A stretch of 64,000 nt of DNA. Origin: Candidatus Terraquivivens tengchongensis. GTDB taxonomy: Archaea > Thermoproteota > Nitrososphaeria_A > Caldarchaeales > Wolframiiraptoraceae. The notes beneath the pieces are model-generated. The model saw only the letters and a program-made list of their open reading frames with translations. It ran no database searches and was not told where the DNA came from. The first letter of the stretch is position 1, and each line of letters begins with the position of its first letter. Of this stretch, positions 58,535 through 64,000 are shown one piece after another. The translations under genes and the position numbers were made by a program. The stretch covers positions 1 to 64,000 of the forward strand of contig JALNJZ010000003.1 in NCBI GenBank assembly GCA_023261845.1, in the 5' to 3' direction.

Positions 58535-60130
58535 TTAACATTGTGTTTTCGATGACGATGACCGTCTTTCTAAGACTCCGAGTTTGTAAACATAACCGTC
58601 GACTATAGCGTTTAAACTTGCTTCTAGTATATTTTTTGATACATACGTTGTTGTCCAAGAGGCATCCTTACACATGAACTCTACGAAAACCCTCACAGAT
58701 GCTGCTGTACCGTCTTCGCTGTCTACAACGCTTACCTTGTAGTTAACAAGTTTCGTATCTTTCAACTCTGGGAACTTACTCGATAAGGCCTCCTTAAGGG
58801 CCACATCCAACGCATGAACCGGACCAACACCTTCTCCTATTGCTGCGATAACATTCCCGCCTATGTCTACGGACACTATTGCCCTAGATACGGGACCGTC
58901 TTTGGATTTAGAAGTCTCGACCCACCAGAAAGTTACTTTAAAACATGTGGGGTCTATTCCTAGGGACTTTAGCATCAAGAGCTTCACAGTAGCGTCGGCG
59001 AGTTCAAGATGATATCCTTCAGCCTCCAGCCTCTTTACTTCCTCTAGACATCTTGCCATATCTTGCTTTGATAATTCCAGACCGAGTTCCTTTGCCATAT
59101 TCACAAGTACGGACCTTCCCGAAAGTTCTGACACAGACACTATTCTGCTGTTTCCGACAAGTGTTGGCTCTACGTGCTCGTAACTCCTCGGGTTCTTAAG
59201 CACGGCATCCACGTGCACCCCAGCCTTATGCGCGAATGCATTCCTCCCAGTGTAAGGTTGTCCCAAAATTTCCGGCATGCCTGTAACTTCGTATACATAT
59301 CTCGAGACCTTCGTTAGCATTTTTAGGCCCTCTTTATTCTTAAGAACATCGTACCCCATCTTCAGCTTTAGGTTCGGTATTATTTGACAAAGGTCAGCGT
59401 TCCCACATCTTTCTCCAAGCCCGTTTATAGTTCCTTGTACATGTCTAACACCTGATTCCACGGCAATTAATGTATTAGCAACAGCAAGTCCCGAATCATT
59501 ATGTGTATGCACTCCCGGCTGACAACCAACAATATTCCTGACGTAAGTTGTTATGCTTTTAACATCATTAAATAACGAACCGCCATTTGTATCACAAAGC
59601 ACAATAGTTCTGGCCTTAGAGTCTAATGCTGCTTTAACGACCTCTATGGCATAGTCTTTGTTATCCTTAAACCCATCATAGAAATGTTCCGCATCGAATA
59701 TGACATCCAAGCCATGCTCCCTAAGGTAGTCTATAGTATCAGTAATCAACTGTATGTTCTCTTCTGGTGTACACTTAAGAACTTCTTTAACATGCAGAAT
59801 CCAACTTTTCCCGAATATAACAGCAATCTCCACATCTGCCTTTAGTATAGCATTCAAAGATGGATCATCGTTTACCTTTATGTCCTTTCGTTTTGTGCTA
59901 CTGAACGCGGCTATCTTGCTATTCTTTAAGGATATTTCTTTAACGAATTTAAAGAATTCTTCATCCTTTGGGTTTGAGCCTGGCCATCCTGCCTCGATTA
60001 TATCTACGCCAAGCTCATCTAGCATATTTACTATGTTAAACTTATCTCGAAGGGTAAAAGTAATACCTCTCGTCTGCGCCCCGTCCCTGAGCGTCGTATC
60101 GAGAATTTCAACATAATCGAAACCATTCAC
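58535..60130 (-). CDS. cimA: Citramalate synthase (CimA, IPM-synthase family)
   Basis: DTTLRDGAQ, GWPGSNPKD, IFGKSW, DAEHFYDG, HTHND, GERCGN and LeuA-type regulatory domain; start placed at GTG 60130. Confidence 0.88.
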   Translation of the reverse strand: MNGFDYVEILDTTLRDGAQTRGITFTLRDKFNIVNMLDELGVDIIEAGWPGSNPKDEEFFKFVKEISLKNSKIAAFSSTKRKDIKVNDDPSLNAILKADVEIAVIFGKSWILHVKEVLKCTPEENIQLITDTIDYLREHGLDVIFDAEHFYDGFKDNKDYAIEVVKAALDSKARTIVLCDTNGGSLFNDVKSITTYVRNIVGCQPGVHTHNDSGLAVANTLIAVESGVRHVQGTINGLGERCGNADLCQIIPNLKLKMGYDVLKNKEGLKMLTKVSRYVYEVTGMPEILGQPYTGRNAFAHKAGVHVDAVLKNPRSYEHVEPTLVGNSRIVSVSELSGRSVLVNMAKELGLELSKQDMARCLEEVKRLEAEGYHLELADATVKLLMLKSLGIDPTCFKVTFWWVETSKSKDGPVSRAIVSVDIGGNVIAAIGEGVGPVHALDVALKEALSSKFPELKDTKLVNYKVSVVDSEDGTAASVRVFVEFMCKDASWTTTYVSKNILEASLNAIVDGYVYKLGVLERRSSSSKTQC

Positions 60131-60246
60131 CTCAAACTTTTGGGCATTATAAATCGATGGATGTATATAAATATTTTTTTGGATATCATGCGGTTCAGCA
60201 TTTATTAGTAAAATTGTAGTAATTGGTGTCAAGAATTTTGAGGGCG

Positions 60247-60651
60247 TTACTTTCTTTTATATTGAACAAGCTCGTACAAGACACCATGAAGATCGTTTGG
60301 GCTCACGAATGCTATAAGCATATTTAGAACTTCGCTTATTGGCTTCTCGCCTACGAATGACATTCCAAGCTTCTTTAGCCTCTCAACTTCTTCCTCTATA
60401 TCGTCAACCTCCACACCGATATGATGTAAGCCCTCGCCCCTTTCTTCAAGCGATCTATAAATATCAGAATCGGAAGATAGGGGTTGCAAAAGCTCTAGTA
60501 TTGTGTTATTGAACTTTATCCAAACGAGCTTCAGCCTCCCTTCATCGATTATATGTTCTCCAACTAGCGAACCATTCAGCAACCTCAAGAAAGTTTCCTT
60601 CGCCCTATCGGCATCTTTTACAACTATGCTAATATGGTGAAGCCTTACCAT
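60247..60651 (-). CDS. Methylmalonyl-CoA epimerase-like VOC protein
   Basis: LHHISIVV, LELLQP, GEGLHHIGVEV and GVLYELVQ. Confidence 0.85.
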   Translation of the reverse strand: MVRLHHISIVVKDADRAKETFLRLLNGSLVGEHIIDEGRLKLVWIKFNNTILELLQPLSSDSDIYRSLEERGEGLHHIGVEVDDIEEEVERLKKLGMSFVGEKPISEVLNMLIAFVSPNDLHGVLYELVQYKRK

Positions 60652-60717
60652 ACGACGTCATGATTGAATGATCCGCACTCTTATTAAGCGTTGCGCTATA
60701 GATGCGTACAAAGGTTG

Positions 60718-61572
60718 CTAACGATGACGAGAGAATATCTTATCTAGCTCCTCATAATCCTCTATACTCATAGACCAGCCTACGGACCCCGCATTCTCTT
60801 TAACGTGCTCGGTTTTCACAGCTTTCGGTATCGCTATCACGCTTGGCCTTCTTGTAACCCAATTTAGAGCTATCTGGGATGATGTCTTTCCGTACTTATC
60901 CGCTAATTTTTGCAGGACGTTCGCCTCACGTCTATCCAAATGCCTTCTGGGTTCTGATAGCTTGCCACGTGCAAGCGGACTGTAAGCGATCACGGTTATT
61001 CTCTCTTTTTCGCAAAAGGGTAGTAAGTCATCCTCTATGCTCCTATCAAGCAGGCTATACTCAACCTGATTCGATACTATCTCCTCCCTAGCAAGAGATG
61101 CCATGGCCTCCTCCATCTCGCTTACCGAAAAGTTGCTCACACCTATGAACCTCACAAGGCCGTCCTTAACCAGCTTCTCCATGGCCCTCATCGTCTCCTT
61201 GATGGGTATTCTCGGGTTTGGCCAATGAACCTGGTAAAGGTCTATTGTCTTGATGTTGAGTCTGCTCAAGCTGGCCTTTGCTGACCTTATCACGGATTCA
61301 TAAGAGAGATGTTCCGGAGATACCTTCGTCGCCACGAAGACCTCGGCCTTTGAATCTGCTATGGCTTTGCCTACGACTTCTTCAGAGTGTCCTGCTCCAT
61401 AAGCTTCGGCCGTGTCTATCAACGTCATGCCCAACTCTATTCCAAGCTTAAGGGCCGCTATGGCTTCAGCATCCCCGCTTTCGTCCCTGCTGTAAAACCC
61501 TCCTATGCCCCAGGTGCCTTGACCCAAGACTGGGACTTTCCATCCCGTCCTACCAAGCTCCCTATGCTCCAC
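60718..61572 (-). CDS. Aldo/keto reductase
   Basis: GQGTW, IDTAEAYG, DLYQVHWP, GVSNF, AYSPL and IPKA. Confidence 0.94.
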   Translation of the reverse strand: MEHRELGRTGWKVPVLGQGTWGIGGFYSRDESGDAEAIAALKLGIELGMTLIDTAEAYGAGHSEEVVGKAIADSKAEVFVATKVSPEHLSYESVIRSAKASLSRLNIKTIDLYQVHWPNPRIPIKETMRAMEKLVKDGLVRFIGVSNFSVSEMEEAMASLAREEIVSNQVEYSLLDRSIEDDLLPFCEKERITVIAYSPLARGKLSEPRRHLDRREANVLQKLADKYGKTSSQIALNWVTRRPSVIAIPKAVKTEHVKENAGSVGWSMSIEDYEELDKIFSRHR

Positions 61573-61609
61573 ACCGAGATTTTGAGCAGGGTAGGATTTT
61601 AGTTTTCGG

Positions 61610-61657
61610 AATTAGTTCAGCACCACGGAAAATTTTTTCCAGCATGCTGAACTAATT
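61610..61657. repeat. 48-bp inverted repeat/hairpin
   Basis: AATTAGTTCAGCA-CCAC-GGAAAA-TT-TTTTCC-AGCA-TGCTGAACTAATT: perfect 13-bp outer arms, 6-bp inner arms and a symmetric 4x4 internal loop. Confidence 0.85.
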
Positions 61658-61700
61658 GGAGCGGTACGCTGTACCCCTGGTACTATGGTCTTATTGTCCT

Positions 61701-62564
61701 CTACTGGACCTTAGCAGCGGATTGTAGTGAAAGGGCCTCCGCATGGGCTTTCTTGAGGAGGTACGGAAGCGTCTCCTTCGTTACGTAAGACACCTCTACA
61801 GCAACGGCGAGCGCTTTCATGTAAGCAAACGCTACAACCTGCGCCGCAGTCTCTTTGCTCACGTAGCCGACGTTCACGGCAAAGTTGAATGCACTCTTTA
61901 TTGCGCTTTCTATATCTTGCTTCACCTTGTCCAAGTCTATGATCAGCTCGTCGCCCGAGTAAATCCTGCCACCCTCGTAAGCTGCATCAATCGTTACTCC
62001 CTTTAGCACGGCCTTTATGTCTAGCTTCATGAGAAGGCTGGCCAGAGCTGACGATATCACATCGCCCTTTTTCGCCACGAGTGTATCTTTAGCTATCCAG
62101 ATGCTGCCGCCATCTATCCTCGTCGGTATCTTCATTTTACCTAACTCGCTCAGTATGGGGCCTGGTGGTATGCCCGTGTTGCACTCCGGAATTACGACGT
62201 CGACATCAGCCTTTTCACCTGCTTTTGCATGCATAAGCACCCTGCTTTTCTGTAGTGTGAGCGCAAGCTTGAACGCCGATACGTTGCTGAATACCAGGCC
62301 GATGGGCTTAAGCTTACCCTCCACGAGACTCTTCAGTTGGGGAATGCCGGCCTTTTCTGCTGCCTTTGCAAAGAGCGTTTTCTTAGTTACCTTAAACACG
62401 GTATCTTGCCTAAGCTTTGCCCTCAATTCATGCAGAACGTTCGCCCTTACGCCCGTAAGCTCGAATACAGCGATCGTTGGATACTTTTTTATGTACTCTA
62501 CAAGCTCGGCTAGCTCATGCTCCTTCCAAGCCTTACCAGCCCTTTTCTTTATAACCAACGCCAA
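61701..62564 (-). CDS. rpl10: 50S ribosomal protein uL10 (P0)
   Basis: KVTKKTL, AKAGEKA, NTGIPPGP, GDVIS and stalk-binding helical repeats. Confidence 0.95.
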   Translation of the reverse strand: MALVIKKRAGKAWKEHELAELVEYIKKYPTIAVFELTGVRANVLHELRAKLRQDTVFKVTKKTLFAKAAEKAGIPQLKSLVEGKLKPIGLVFSNVSAFKLALTLQKSRVLMHAKAGEKADVDVVIPECNTGIPPGPILSELGKMKIPTRIDGGSIWIAKDTLVAKKGDVISSALASLLMKLDIKAVLKGVTIDAAYEGGRIYSGDELIIDLDKVKQDIESAIKSAFNFAVNVGYVSKETAAQVVAFAYMKALAVAVEVSYVTKETLPYLLKKAHAEALSLQSAAKVQ

Positions 62565-62610
62565 GCTAGTTCACCGACCTCCCAACGCGCCAGCCCGGTA
62601 CACCTCTTAC

Positions 62611-63276
62611 CTACTTCTCCTCGATTTCAACCTTTACGGGCTTGCCCATGGTTTTTTTGATGTATATGGATGCCACGTTTTTGAACCTTTTTTCTAATTT
62701 TTCCACAATCCTGCTGATTACGGCCTCTGCATTTTCGGCCAACGCCTTAGAGTCCATGTCTTCCGTTCCAATTATGCAGCCGAGCGTTGGACCCTTTCGC
62801 AACCTGAGGGTTACGCTCTTCGAATACTTTTCTATGAACTTCTCGAGCTCCGTGCCTGGAGGTATTGGTACGGGCGCCTTCCCTTTCGCACCGAGTGCTG
62901 CACCGAGTGCCTTCGCCGCTATACTCATCATGGATGGGTCAACGAGAAAGTAATCGTAGCTTCTTGCGAGCTTCTTCGCCATCCTTTTGTTACCTACTAA
63001 AGCCTCCAGGTCTTCCTTTCCCAAAACCTTGTCCACGAGCGGTACCCTCTCCGCCCTAAGCGCCACGTCGCCGGATGCTATCACGCATATCTTCCTCCTC
63101 TTTTTTCCAAGGCCGTGCGGAAGCTCGATGGTTTCTGTAAATCTATTTTCGGGTTTTGTTAGGTCAACATCTTTTACGTTTATAGTAAGCTCAACCGATT
63201 GAATAAACTTTCTAGCGGATGAGTTCTTTGCCGTTTCTATGGCATCCAATAATTTTGATGATAACGTTCTTAACAA
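62611..63276 (-). CDS. rpl1: 50S ribosomal protein uL1
   Basis: RKFIQSVEL, LPHG, IGTEDM..LAEN and KKTMG; start approximate. Confidence 0.95.
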   Translation of the reverse strand: MLRTLSSKLLDAIETAKNSSARKFIQSVELTINVKDVDLTKPENRFTETIELPHGLGKKRRKICVIASGDVALRAERVPLVDKVLGKEDLEALVGNKRMAKKLARSYDYFLVDPSMMSIAAKALGAALGAKGKAPVPIPPGTELEKFIEKYSKSVTLRLRKGPTLGCIIGTEDMDSKALAENAEAVISRIVEKLEKRFKNVASIYIKKTMGKPVKVEIEEK

Positions 63277-63277
63277 A

Positions 63278-63760
63278 CTAACCACCCAGCATGTTATCAT
63301 ACAGCCCTGAATCTATGTCCTTAAGTACTTGCTTAGGTTCCTTACCATCGACCTTTATTCCCATGCTCACACACGTACCAACAACCTGCTTCAGGGCGGC
63401 TTTTAAGGTCTTGGCACGCATGTCAGGCATCTTTATCTTTGCTATCTTGATAGCGGCGTTCATCGATATGCTGCCGACATATTCCTTACCAGGGTTGCCC
63501 GAGCCCTTCTCAACTGTCGCCTCTTTTACTATTAAGGCAGCAACAGTTGGTGTTCCTACCTTAACCGAGAACTCTTTCGTATCTGTGTTAACGGTTACTT
63601 CGACTGGAACACGCATACCCATGAACTCTGCCGTGACCTCGTTTATTTTTTCCACGACCATGGGTACGTTCAACCCAAGCGGTCCTAGAGCCGGACCTAT
63701 GGGCGGACCTGCCGTAGCTTTCCCTCCTTCTATTATGAACTTGAACTGCTTTTCAGGCAT
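63278..63760 (-). CDS. rpl11: 50S ribosomal protein uL11
   Basis: GGKATAGPPIGPALG and GTCVSMG. Confidence 0.97.
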   Translation of the reverse strand: MPEKQFKFIIEGGKATAGPPIGPALGPLGLNVPMVVEKINEVTAEFMGMRVPVEVTVNTDTKEFSVKVGTPTVAALIVKEATVEKGSGNPGKEYVGSISMNAAIKIAKIKMPDMRAKTLKAALKQVVGTCVSMGIKVDGKEPKQVLKDIDSGLYDNMLGG

Positions 63761-63767
63761 CCTTAAC

Positions 63768-64000
63768 TCACGCCCCTCCTTTCTGGGAAGAGAGAATTCT
63801 TACCTGGTCAGCCGATACTGATATCGGCAAAGGGAATGCCGCCTCGGACAACTCTACAGTAACCTCCTTCTTTGCCTTATCCACCCTTATGACTTTGCCA
63901 GTTATCCCCTTCAATGGGCCTGCAGTTATCTCGACAGTGTCACCTTCTGAGAGCATGTCTATTATGGGTTTCTCAACCAGATGGTTAGATATTTCTTTTA
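63768..64000 (-). CDS. spt5: Transcription elongation factor Spt5 (C-terminal KOW part; gene runs off the window)
   Basis: GDTVEITAGPLKG...EVTVEL; frame stays open to the window edge (KEISNHLVEKPIID). Confidence 0.93.
   Translation of the reverse strand, partial: KEISNHLVEKPIIDMLSEGDTVEITAGPLKGITGKVIRVDKAKKEVTVELSEAAFPLPISVSADQVRILSSQKGGA

Noticed and set aside
62017-62697. Long antisense ORFs (226 aa here; also 63291-63821, 54988-55512, 46157-46618 and similar)
   Set aside because: They lie opposite well-conserved genes and have Ser/Phe/Leu-rich shadow composition with no motifs.
63180-63270. uL1 autoregulatory mRNA site near the rpl1 start
   Set aside because: Only weak pairing; the GGAG-type internal loop could not be identified.
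1-64000. CRISPR array, TIGR-like tandem guide array, transposase, integrase or rRNA
   Set aside because: No regularly spaced repeats or matching protein motifs seen. The C/D element at 2627-2689 is a single unit and the neighbouring protein shows no recognisable Nop domain.

Overview
Mostly housekeeping archaeal chromosome from the TACK group. GatDE, CdvB/ESCRT-III, a Dph5-DUF357 fusion, a tail-less uL10, cofE and a non-canonical tRNA intron fit a Nitrososphaeria/Caldarchaeales (Aigarchaeota)-like organism; this assignment is an inference. The window holds about 70 protein genes and four tRNA genes: Glu-CTC, Ala-TGC, Ala-CGC and Asn-GTT, the last with a BHB intron at 30/31. It also holds a well-formed box C/D guide sRNA that the ORF track misses, and several palindromic operator-like sites. 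Each + strand tRNA is followed by foreign-looking or decayed DNA: a doubly frameshifted PQQ-propeller/PKD surface protein, an AT-rich racemase + peptide ABC + two M29-fold enzyme island, and a gene remnant. The best candidates for undescribed systems are (i) that racemase/M29/NicX-like island, (ii) a nurA-herA-ogg-m5C methyltransferase operon next to three paralogous beta-hairpin/winged-helix proteins, and (iii) a hemerythrin/DsrE/TusA/E1/IscSU cluster whose two promoters share a TAAC-N3-GTTA motif. I saw no CRISPR array, transposase, integrase or rRNA. All protein family calls come from motif recognition by eye, not from database searches.
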